A stretch of 64,000 nt of DNA from Ylistrum balloti. Lineage: Eukaryota. The notes under the pieces were generated by a model that worked only from the letters and a program-made list of their open reading frames with translations, was not told the DNA's origin and searched no databases. Positions 1 to 10,908 of this stretch are shown piece after piece; position 1 is the first letter of the stretch; every line of letters starts with the position of its first letter. A program made the position numbers and the translations under genes. The stretch spans positions 434,001 to 498,000 of the forward strand of contig NW_026782152.1 of the NCBI RefSeq assembly GCF_031769215.1, in the 5' to 3' direction.

Positions 1-305
1 ATAGGCTAACAACATCTCCCTCCACCTTCACCCTGTCATACCTATGTTAGGAATATACAACATGGGCTAGCAACATCTCCCTCCACCTTCACCCTGATAC
101 ATATATGTAAGGATAATACAACATGGGCTAACAACATCTCCCTCCACCTTCACCCTGTCATACCTATGTTAGGAATATACAACATGGGCTAACAACATCT
201 CCCTCCACCTTCACCTTGATATACCTATGTTAGGAATATACAACATAGGCTAGCATTACCTCCCTCCCAGTTAGCCCAGATTACAACACAGTCTAGGAAT
301 ATATC
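1..305. repeat. 61-bp tandem minisatellite, 4 near-identical copies plus a degenerate fifth (may extend left of the window)
   Basis: Unit ataggctaacaacatctccctccaccttcaccctgtcatacctatgttaggaatatacaac recurs at 1, 62, 123, 184 and (degenerate) 245. No spacers between copies. Confidence 0.95.
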
Positions 306-2499
306 CTTTCCATTTAGCCAAGATGAACAATATAGGCTACATATATCTCCCTTCCAGTAAGCCCATACACACAATGTAAGCTGGGATTATAGAACTGCTT
401 GTTGGCCAAGATGTACAACATAGGACAAGAATATCTCCCTACCAGTCAGCACTGATTTATCATTGGTTAACATCATCATTTTTACATCCTACAACATTAC
501 TGAATTAAATTACACCAATTACTTTCATCCTTGAACATATGACTCAACACTGAATCTAAAAACACACTTTCTACAATTAACTTTACATATCAGCATGTTT
601 CACTGTGTACAGTCTACAACTCACATATTTAATAAAATGAATTAGCAATTTACGAACTTCACAAACTATTATAATATTTGAAGTATGTAAGGGTTCTAAA
701 CACATGTATTCTAACACATTTTCAGTAACTAGCTATAATTATGATTAGCTATAGAAAAACATGTAGCTTCCCGGACCTATATGCACATTTAAATAGCACT
801 ATCAAGCATGCACTGAACACGTGCAGCAATTCATACATGGCCTTAACTGGAAGGCTACTGTCAATGACAGGATGCACTGTAACACTGGTGCTGTAGAAAT
901 GTTCTATATCCACGTACACTATCATAGCTGTCAGATATCTACAAAACTATCATCATCTTGCATACAAATTCAGCCAAAATGTCAGCATGATTATAGCTGG
1001 CTTATCATTGAAGATATGTGATATAGCTGTTAACTGGGAGGTTGTGGCCTCTTTCATTTGTGTGTACATCTTGAGAGATGGATGGCCACAAAACCTACTT
1101 GGTATGCAGCTCAGCTTTGACCTACAGACTGTGCATCAAATCATACAGCCCACAACCAACAAATTAACATAGTTTTCTCTTACAAATAATAATCTAAAGA
1201 TGACAGAGTTGTTCCCCTTGAAGGATAGCTAACATGTCCATTAGCTTCTAACTTGCATACAATGTAAAGTACTGTGTGTGGTTTGTTTGTTGGGTTTATC
1301 ACATCTTGAAGAGTCAAGATCATTTGAGGCAGTGCCTCCTTGTAGTAGCTGGTGACTATCTCAATGAATGCAATACTGGAGACACATCAAAGGCCATTTG
1401 GAGCAATAAAGTAAAGTGTCTTAACCATGGCTACCACCATGACAGCACAGACTGGTCAGCTTCTAAGTTACCTAGAGAAACAGAGCAGTATTTTGGTGTT
1501 GTGATCATGACTATGGACAAGACTGCATGTGTTGACTGTTTGGAGTAAATTTGTCTAGATACTACTTTCTATAAATGATTTTGTCAACAAACAACTTTTA
1601 AAAAAACATTAAATTTTCCAAAGAAAATGTTTCAAACCAATCAATTTAAGCTCACACAGAGCATTAGTATTTGTAAACAGTAAAATAACTGACAGTAAGT
1701 ACTTGAATGATATCAAAGTGAACACTACTGGTACTTGAAAAATGCCATATAAAGCAAACTTTATAAGTGTAATTTTTAAGATGACAGTAAGTAGGTATGT
1801 TTTTACACCAAAGCAATTTTCCAATGATACATTTAAATAGAATCACAATTTAGTGACATACAAAACAAAACAATCACCGGGAACCAAAATGGACAGAAAG
1901 TTGTGTTATATTTTCATATATATATATATGAATATTATTGTTTGCTTTGACACTCTGGATCTTCTGCAGTGTCCTTTTATTTTTTGTAGAACATGAAACG
2001 GACATAATTTTCTGTACAAATAATATGTTATGCAATCTGTTCATATCTCTCTGATTACTTTTGTTTCATAATACCTTAATTGACAACACAAGACAATACT
2101 GAGTATTTGTCCTACCACAAAATCACACAAAATTATGGACTTATTCCCTAAGTTCTTCATTTTGGCACTTACTGCTCTTTGCTTTATATCACACATGGTA
2201 TGGATGGCAGCAACGTCTCTTAACAACAGATTGCAGAGGGATCTTAGTGCCTATAATCTTTGATCTTAATTCACATAACTTGGAACAAAAGGGTACCTAC
2301 AAATCTTTGAGAGAGTTCCAGTATTTCTCAAGAAATAATTGATAACAAGAATTGTATACAGAATATTAGATGATGGACTGAAAATAGAGGTCTAAAAGTA
2401 AGCGTGTTGTCAGTTGATATTATAGCCAGTTGGAGTTTTATGCAATTATGTCCAGGTCTTGAAATTTTGGTAAGACTGTAATTTTAATTTCCAAATGAT

Positions 2500-2562
2500 T
2501 TACCTGAACCTACATGGACATGTCCTTATCTGTGACATTAAACCTTCAATAAACCAAACCAA
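2500..2562 (+). mobile_element. SINE-like 3' tail fragment
   Basis: Ends ...ctgtgacattaaaccttcaataaaccaaaccaac, resembling the gacgttaaa...(aaac)n tails of mollusc tRNA-derived SINEs. Recognised by eye only. Confidence 0.35.
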
Positions 2563-3748
2563 CTCCACCTGCTCAGGACCCAAATTATAAGTTAGCTAGC
2601 TTAACATTGATGAACATTTTCTATAACCAAAAGATGCTCCACAGTACAACTCAGTGTGGACACTTGGTAGGATGTCACTACACCTTGACAATGGTGTGTA
2701 CATTGTATTTCCCGTCATCTGTCACAAAGTCTAACAGATCTGATGTGGCTAGGGGTAGATAATAGCCTGGCAATGTCAGCCTGCCACTATTAGGGAGGGG
2801 AAAATAACACCCTCAATGATCACTTCACTGATAGTATAATAACATAATGATGATGGAGAGGTATGATAATTAGGACAGGCTCAAATGTCAGCATGTATTG
2901 ATTTTATACACCAGTTAACACAGCTAATTACTCATAAAAGGTGATTTATACTATTATAGTACACTTGACATAGTTTTTGTCAATGTATCTGATCCTTACT
3001 GATAAGATAGCCTTTCATCGTGTCTATAAACCTGATGAATAGTAGGCTTTATGTAAACTTGATCGGTCTGCCAGTATATACTTATTTTCTATAATGTAAT
3101 GCCAGTGTAGCTCCTTACCAAAGTCTGTCTCATCTTATCTCTACAACATTGAAATAGTTATTAATACCTAGTCCGATCAAAAATGTGTTAATAACTTTGA
3201 TTTTCAGGAAAAGTCTCCATTGAATTGATACAGTCTAATTTAGTGTTTTTTCCAATGACTGGTTGCAGCCTGGAAAGACACATTGATATTAATGATTGAT
3301 TTGCTTGCCAATTTATCTCTATAAATGGGATAAAATATCATCATTTAAAATTAAAATAAAGCATATAAACTTACCCTATTGTCAAGCATCACTACTATTT
3401 AACATAAAAAAATGTATTATTATCTCACACACTTATTTGATGCAGATTTCAGTATATACTAGAGTACAATTCAGTTTTTTATCTGACCAGTGCTATAACT
3501 GCCTTTTGCATTCTGGGTTTTTCTGAATTTATCATTACCGTGGTTCATGTATGATGGTATCTTTACTTTTTCATACTGCATGTCCTGATGCTTATGAAAA
3601 CAGATGAAAACAAAAGTGGGAGTTCTCATAAAGTCAAAAATCTGATCACAGTTTTTTTTTCTTTAATCTTATTAATGATTTTCCAATTGATTTAATATTT
3701 TATCAAGAACTATTTATTAAACATTTTCATTCAGATAATTTTAATATA

Positions 3749-3924
3749 CAGTCAAACCTCGTTATCTCAAACTCAATGGGACCATTGGAAAACTTCAAGA
3801 TAACCAAGTATTTGATTTATGTAAGTTTGATTATTTTGTGTCAAATTAGACAAGGATTGACAAAATGCTTTGAATTAAACTGTGTCTCCAAGTTGTACAA
3901 GTTCAAAATAACAAGGTTTGACTG
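3749..3924. mobile_element. 176-bp MITE, Tc1/mariner (pogo/Tigger-like) type
   Basis: 24-bp terminal inverted repeats CAGTCAAACCTCGTTATCTCAAAC / GTTCAAAATAACAAGGTTTGACTG (20/24 match), flanked by TA at 3747-3748 and 3925-3926 (TA target-site duplication). Confidence 0.85.
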
Positions 3925-6537
3925 TATTTATGGGTGGTTTACGTTCATTTTCTGTTGGTATACACAAATCTTAGTGATTCACATTTTTAACCATCAAATT
4001 TGAAATTTTGGAAATATTTTTTTTCAAATCAGTGAAATTTATGTTAAATTTACTGAATTACAAATTTACAATTTACTTAAACAATTCCGAGTTCCGCTTG
4101 CCAATGTATTGGATACTGGACCCAGAACAATAACAGAACTTCAAAACAGATCAAAAAGAGCTTATTTAGTTATCCTATGGTGGGCAATAATTCAAAAGTT
4201 CAAGTCAAGATACTGTTTATGACATTGTTCTTGTTCCTTGTTTCACAGTATTATTGTATGCTACATACGATGTAAAGGTGCATATAACATTTTATGACAC
4301 TAAAGTAGTTTTTTAAGTTTTTGTAATGACAAATATAATTCATACTATAAACTGAATAGCTCACTCCTACCAGAGATCTCACTTAAATAATACCATCTTC
4401 CAGCTGTTGCTGTTATAGATTTTTTTTATAAATTGTACAAAGCATGTGTGTTCAGTCAAGAAACCTGTCACATAGAATGCCCAATTACCACAAAAATCTG
4501 CTGTTTACATATGTCTGATTCATGTGCACAACTATCACAGAATTATTATACATGCACAAAAGCCCAGTGTGAAGTGTATGTGGACACTGCACACACTTTA
4601 CACAGACAGACAAAATATGAAATAATTAGATTTTAATCCATCAAAAGTGTAATTCAATTTCAATTCAACAAATGCAACTCATTTCAAAATAGATATTTCT
4701 TATACTACTTCCTGTCTCTGGATTGGCTGACGAGAAAGACTCCAATCCAGATTTCCTAAGCAGAATCAATGATCTATTTATATCTAAGGCTGGATAATGT
4801 TTCAGTTTCTGCATTACTGGATCAATTACAAGTTACAGATAGTACAGAGTACACCAACGATATATTTTACACTAAACGCATGAAATCTTATATCAAAAGT
4901 GAAAAAATACTGGATTACTGATAAGTTATTACACTGTATTACATTTTCAATATTTATCATTGAAGATTTGTACCTGTTGAAAGTGACCTTAGTATCATGT
5001 TTGCGTCGCTGACATACTATACCTGTGACAGGTAAAAGTAAACACTCAGTGTATCAACATTGGGATTAAGAGGCATTTTTTTAAGGATATCTGATAGATG
5101 AATACCAGATCTTTTGATCTTTCTATACATGTTTGACACAAATATGAAAATAATAATTTATAAATCGGGTGCCAATGCATAAATTAACACTTGAGATGAC
5201 AATGTTTGAATTTGCAATCAATATAGTGATTTACCATTTTTAGTTTGTTTTTCAATCCCCGAAAGGCCTAATCTATTTATTGTTTACTGAACAATGATTC
5301 TTAAAATATTCTTTAAACTGAATAAAATAAACTAAGGAACTAATGATGTGGATTATAAAACCAGAGATGTATATGTGTTATATACATTTCTGATAAAACA
5401 ATATAAGGATGAACATTTGTCTTGTTATTGAGTTTATTCCTCATTGAATCAACATATAACTACTAACAACAAGATGACGTTCTCAAGTGTGATACACAAT
5501 ACACACTTGTACCGTCGGCAATGCAAAACATTTTTTTATCTCTCTGTAACTGATCAGCTTCTACAAATATCAACATGGAACTTCGTACTAGAATGTGTTA
5601 AGGACATATTAACAATCCTATGCTACTTGTATAAAACCTACACAAGTGTCAAGCTGTCTCCCTGGAGTCGCTAGTTGTTATAACTCTTGTCATTTTTTTA
5701 TGAAACTGACACTTCATATATTAATGTTTTATAATCATATAAAGTAGATATTTTTTGATGTCGCTAATTTTATCTAGTATTGTAAGATATGAAGTTTGAA
5801 AACGCTGCCCTCAAGTGCGATACACAATGTAAATGTATGTCAAAGATGACTGAGGAAAATTTTACTTTAAAGAATTCAACCAATTTTACAAATATGTTTA
5901 CGAAACATGAGACTTGGTACAAAAGTGTATTTTGATCATATTTATGATGTCATTCGTACCTGATTCAAATCTTCATCTGAATTGTGTCAGGACACCTAGC
6001 CTGATCTTAACTATGCTACATGTGGCATAAAAACTTGCACACATTGTAACACTTAGAACACATTTGATAGAAGGAGGCTGTAAATCAATGCTATATTGTA
6101 TTATATACTGTATTATCATCATCTAATGATGTAATTTCCATATAAGTCTCCTAGCCCCTTGTATGCAAGGCCTTGTTCACTTTAGATCCTGACACTACAT
6201 CTGGATTACCAGTCACATCAATACAATGTGATAAACATAAGTGGGTTCGGTATATTTGCCAATATTTCCTGTCTAGTAGGGAAACCTCAATTTTGGCCCA
6301 GATTGTAGACATGTTTTAGCAATTAATCTTCATTGTTTATTTTTTCAAATGTCACATTATCTTATTTATAGAGCCCAAAAGACACAGCTAAACTATGTTG
6401 TATTAAAGAACATGCACAATTTTCCCCGTGGGACAACTGAAAAAAGTCACAAGAAGTTATAAATATCTCAATTAAAAGCATATGATAAGCACAATGATGG
6501 GTTCAATAACAAAGAAAACAGTAAGAAAAAGCTATAC

Positions 6538-9500
6538 CTGTAGAATTTGAGTGCAACTTCTGGTTGATCTGTGTAGAAGTGATGTGTAGCTATACAGGCA
6601 ATAGCCTCTACATGCATACTGTCATAATTCAACACATCCTTATAGAACTTCACTGCATTGTCCATGTCGTTCATACCCTACAATCAAACCAAACTCAACA
6701 TTAACAAAATCGTACAATATTCATTCACGACATAGAAACACTACAGCAAAGATCAGTAAAAGACAGCATTGCTCAGATATAGATATTGGCCTATGTACCT
6801 CATAGATTCTAGCTATTCCTGACAGAAGAGTTGTTTCCCCCTGGAACTTTTCCAGTCCTTGTTTGAAGATGTCAATGGCTGTAAGAGGCTGGTCAAGTCT
6901 CACATAAACCTTACAGAGGTACAAAAAGATGTCTATGATATCCTGCTGCTTCTGTGCTGACTTCAGCTGCTTCTCAGCATCTCTGTACATACCCAACCTA
7001 GTAAAATAGACATTGACAACGTAATGTCAACAAAATTACCAGATATTCTCCTTAATATCTAATGTATCTAACTCTTGTTATCCTTCATTTTCCTGCTTGA
7101 GACAAATATTGAAATGTTCTTCAATCATATTCAACTCAGAACTTTTTAAATCGACCTAGAAAATCATTTATTTTTTTATTAATCCACATATAAAATCATC
7201 CCACTTTGAATTTGATTTACATGAATCAATTTCCATCTGAAAAAAATCAGTTAACAAGATAAAACAGAAGACTTGCAACTCAACATCAACTTGAAAAAAG
7301 AGTGTTCACTGTACATTTCACACACCGCACTTCCTAGGAATGCTCAATCCTAAAATTTTATTTACCATACATCTGAATTCATGCTTGAAGTGCCTTTTAT
7401 GAACAATATATATGAGGCAAAAAGCATCTGCACCATCTTCATATATGAAGAGAAGCTCTCCCTACCTCTCATGTACCATACAACTGCAGCAAAATTTCTT
7501 TCTGCCATTCATGTATCAAGAATCTAAAGAGAAACTTGGACACCATATATCTGATGAAAAGCTCTTTATCATTATATTGTCAGAAGGGATAGTGTTACTG
7601 TTCATATGGTACTGACCTGTAGTAACATTTAGCTAGCTGAACTTTCCACCACCAGTCCTTGTACTGACAGGCTTCTGTGGCAAGTGCTGCTAACTCTAAT
7701 GCCTGTAATATAGCATGTGTTCACATCTACAGTTTTTTTTTAAATATTTCCATACATCTTAATATAAAAATATTTCAAAATTGACAAATACTTTAACTTT
7801 TGAACAAAATTAAAACAAGAAAGTATGTCCTGCATTGCAAACATTGTGTTTTACTTGTATATATAACTACACAGAAAAGAAATTTTATTTCTATTTTTAT
7901 ACTCACATTCCTGACATCATTTTCATGGTGGAATATGTATTCAAACAGTGCCTTTGCTAGGTTTGGGCGTGCTGCATACTTTGCAAAGTTGAGGCGTGCC
8001 AAGTTTATAAAAGGTCCATCTGGGGTTGACAACATGGAAGCCTGCAAACAAAATCAATTATATATCATATGTAATGGTGAAAGATTTGATACAAATCCTG
8101 TAATCCTGAATTGGTTTAAATAGTAAAACTGTCAAAACAAAATGCTTTCATGGGGATTCAAACTTTTAGTGGGCACTTGCTCTGGTTGAAAAATTGTATT
8201 CTGAAAATTAAATCTAATATTCAACAGATTATTACTTCACACATGTGAATTCTTGGATCAAGTTATCAAGTTTTGTCAAATATGATGAACTTTTGTTTCT
8301 AAATCTCAAGTTGGCCAAGGGTTCAACAGATTGGCAACTTTATTAATTTGAACTGATCATAATAAAATCACTTCAACGAACCAGCTGTCAGTGCTCCAAA
8401 CTGTGTCTCACTGAGGTTATTATATATCTAACCGAGGCTTCTACAGGACATATCTAATCAAAAAACTAGTCTAGTCATTATCTTGTAAACTTTTGATATT
8501 TGACAGAGCAGATTTCCCATTTGGTCTGATCATCCTCAGAATGTTCTTCATTCGTTGTGATGGAACTGTCATTTATTTTTTACCTGACAAAGGGGGACAA
8601 GCATTTAATTTTCAACAGACAGACTTCCCTTTTGGTTATATTTGTCACTGAGACATTTCCTTAGGCAGAGCCACAAAGCAAGTTATTCAAATCTTAAACA
8701 AAAAGCATCAGTTTTCCACTTGCATCAGTCTATGTCAGACGGGTAATTAAATTTAATCTAAAATCTGCTACACATAATATTGTTAAGAAATAAACTGTCA
8801 TTGTCGGAAATTGCCGAGAAAAATGCTAAAAGTAGTGCTTGTAAATACTCAATGTAAAATACTCACAGTTCCCAGTCTAACATATCGACCTGAAGCACTT
8901 GTGACTGGGCGTGCTGTGTGTGCTGTACGAGGGGTCCTGATAGCTTGCTCCATGGTACCAGGTCGCCCACCTTGTGTACCTGGGCGAACAAACCCTGATA
9001 CTGGGCGCCCAGACTGTGACGTAGGTCTGCATAAGTAAACATAGAGAACATAAAATATAAGACATAAAGACATCAAAGTAAGACACTGATGCAGGGATAA
9101 TCATGGAAGGGACTAAGGGGCGTTGGGCCTTTCAAAATTGAAATTAATTCCTCCATTTTTCTATTTTAATGTTACATCAGATGGCCCATTTTATCTTTGA
9201 CATTGAAAAAGAATCACTGAAAATGCCCAAATAATGCTCTCAGCTCCCTGGATTTCCCCTTCCAAGAGTATTACTGAATGGAAATAATAGATCATTTCAA
9301 GGCAAAAAAAAAGAACTTGCTCGCAGTTGATTGACCATATGAATATTGCAAAATATCTGTTACTTCACTATTTCTATAGCATCAGTTGCTGTATGGAGAA
9401 ACATTATGCTGTTCTCCATCACTTTATTTTTTTTTTTCAAGATGATTTGTTCTGATTTGCTGGTGTTGCTTCAAAGAGTTTGTCAGAATATTAAGCTTGT

Positions 9501-10559
9501 ATTATAAGGATTTTTGTTTTTACTTACATGAATTAAACCAGTAGTACTTATGGTAGGTATTTTTGAGAAATGAACAACAGCACTAAATTTAAAGACCAAT
9601 GGTTCAATGTGGAGTAAATTCTAAAACTTTTTTGTACTCAATTTTTCATGACTAGGAGCTGTGCATGCTTTATTTTGTTGATAACTTATTGATAAATTTA
9701 TCTGATATTTATCCATTGTAAAATGTGTATGTTTTTATTGGGTGATTTTTTTATCTAATATTCAAGCAGAATAACTCTGAAAAAGTGAAGATAAAATATA
9801 GAATTCCATTTCTTTTCCCTTTTTACTTTTGCAGTTTGTTATCACCATTTTTTTCTTGTTCAACTATTAATCAATAATCATCATCATTTCATTTTAGATT
9901 TTTTTTTACCTGACACCAGGACTGGGTGCGCCCACTCCCGTTCCTGGAACCTTTAACGAGGTTCCTGGACGTGACACTTGTGCAATGGTGTTATCATCCA
10001 GCAACATTTCTGCAATTCCTTCTTCATCCACATCAACCTCATCAACATACACTTGAGCAGTCAGTGCTCGTGTCTTTAGTGTCCATGAAGCCTGTTAAGT
10101 GATATCAGTTAAAAGGTAGGTCAAACTATTAAATATAATTTAATTCTAGTTGTCATTAAATAGTCAGGGTATGAAAACAGATTAAATGTTCGGTACATTT
10201 GTTACATTTTACAGTTTGTCAACATACAGTGGACAAAATGAATACGTTCCAATTTTCGGTCTTTTTCTCTATTTTTACAGAAAAGCGACATATTAAAACC
10301 GTTCTTCACTTGTCATCTATCCAACGGAGTAGATTATAATAATCATAACAATGCAAAGACAAAAAATTCAGTATGTTTACTACAATGCTAACCAACATCA
10401 CATTTGAAAACTGCTATATGGCTGATCCCCATCAGTGACTTTCTTTGATATATTTACCTGGTCATACGGATTCTTTTCTAAAAGTTGAGAACATATTTCA
10501 ACACATTCTTGGTATTTTCTTCTTCTGAAATAACTGTACGCGAGAAAGAGAGGATCCAT
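6538..10559 (-). CDS. TTC8: Tetratricopeptide repeat protein 8 / BBS8 (BBSome subunit), 5' part; remaining exons lie left of the window
   Basis: Coding exons (minus): 10559-10458 MDPLFLAYSYFRRRKYQECVEICSQLLEKNPYDQ; 10091-9910; 9026-8867 (RPTSQSGRPVSGFVRPGTQGGRPGTMEQAIRTPRTA); 8041-7907 (ASMLSTPDGPFINLARLN...ALFEYIFHHENDVRN); 7702-7617 (KDWWWKVQLAKCYYR); 6997-6799; 6677-6538 (FYTDQPEVALKFYR). All GT-AG and phase-consistent; matches BBS8 as I recall it. Confidence 0.97.
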
Positions 10560-10908
10560 TTCTGTCAGTTTAATTACAACGCTAAAGAATGTTGTGGAGT
10601 TGTCAACCTCTCTGAAGATCGGTACAAAGGGAAGTAATTCTGAAGGCCGGGTACGCAGAGCGGTGTGCAGGCAATTACACCCTCGAATTATTTAGGTAAT
10701 AAATATCAAAATTAAAACCATGGGTCGTTGTTTTTACTAATTTGTTTTTATTTCACTTATACAATCTCATTTGTTTTAACCATCTAGCGCTCACGTCTTC
10801 AAATATCATTATAAACACATTTCTCGGACCATAATGTAGAACTCTGTTATGGGGTATCCAATTTTACTTATCACATTGTAAAAAACGTGAGCGGTTAGGA
10901 AACAAGTA
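10560..10908. promoter_or_regulatory. Putative bidirectional promoter / 5' UTRs of TTC8 and CNIH4
   Basis: Only 349 bp separate the TTC8 ATG (10559, minus) from the CNIH4 ATG (10909, plus); locally CpG-richer than the flanks. Confidence 0.7.

Noticed and set aside
1-305. Regular direct repeats as a possible CRISPR array
   Set aside because: Copies are contiguous 61-bp units without unique spacers, there are no cas genes, and the DNA is eukaryotic.
1392-1410. Minus-strand LLLQMA as the missing TTC8 exon (RLLQMG)
   Set aside because: The following residues do not match BBS8, a stop follows within 12 codons, and there is no suitable acceptor. A hAT-like LSWW reading of the same stretch was also dropped because the motif order was inconsistent.
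10560-10908. RFX X-box expected upstream of a BBS gene
   Set aside because: Only partial matches (gttgtcaac, ggttaggaaac); none fits the 13-14 bp consensus well enough to call.
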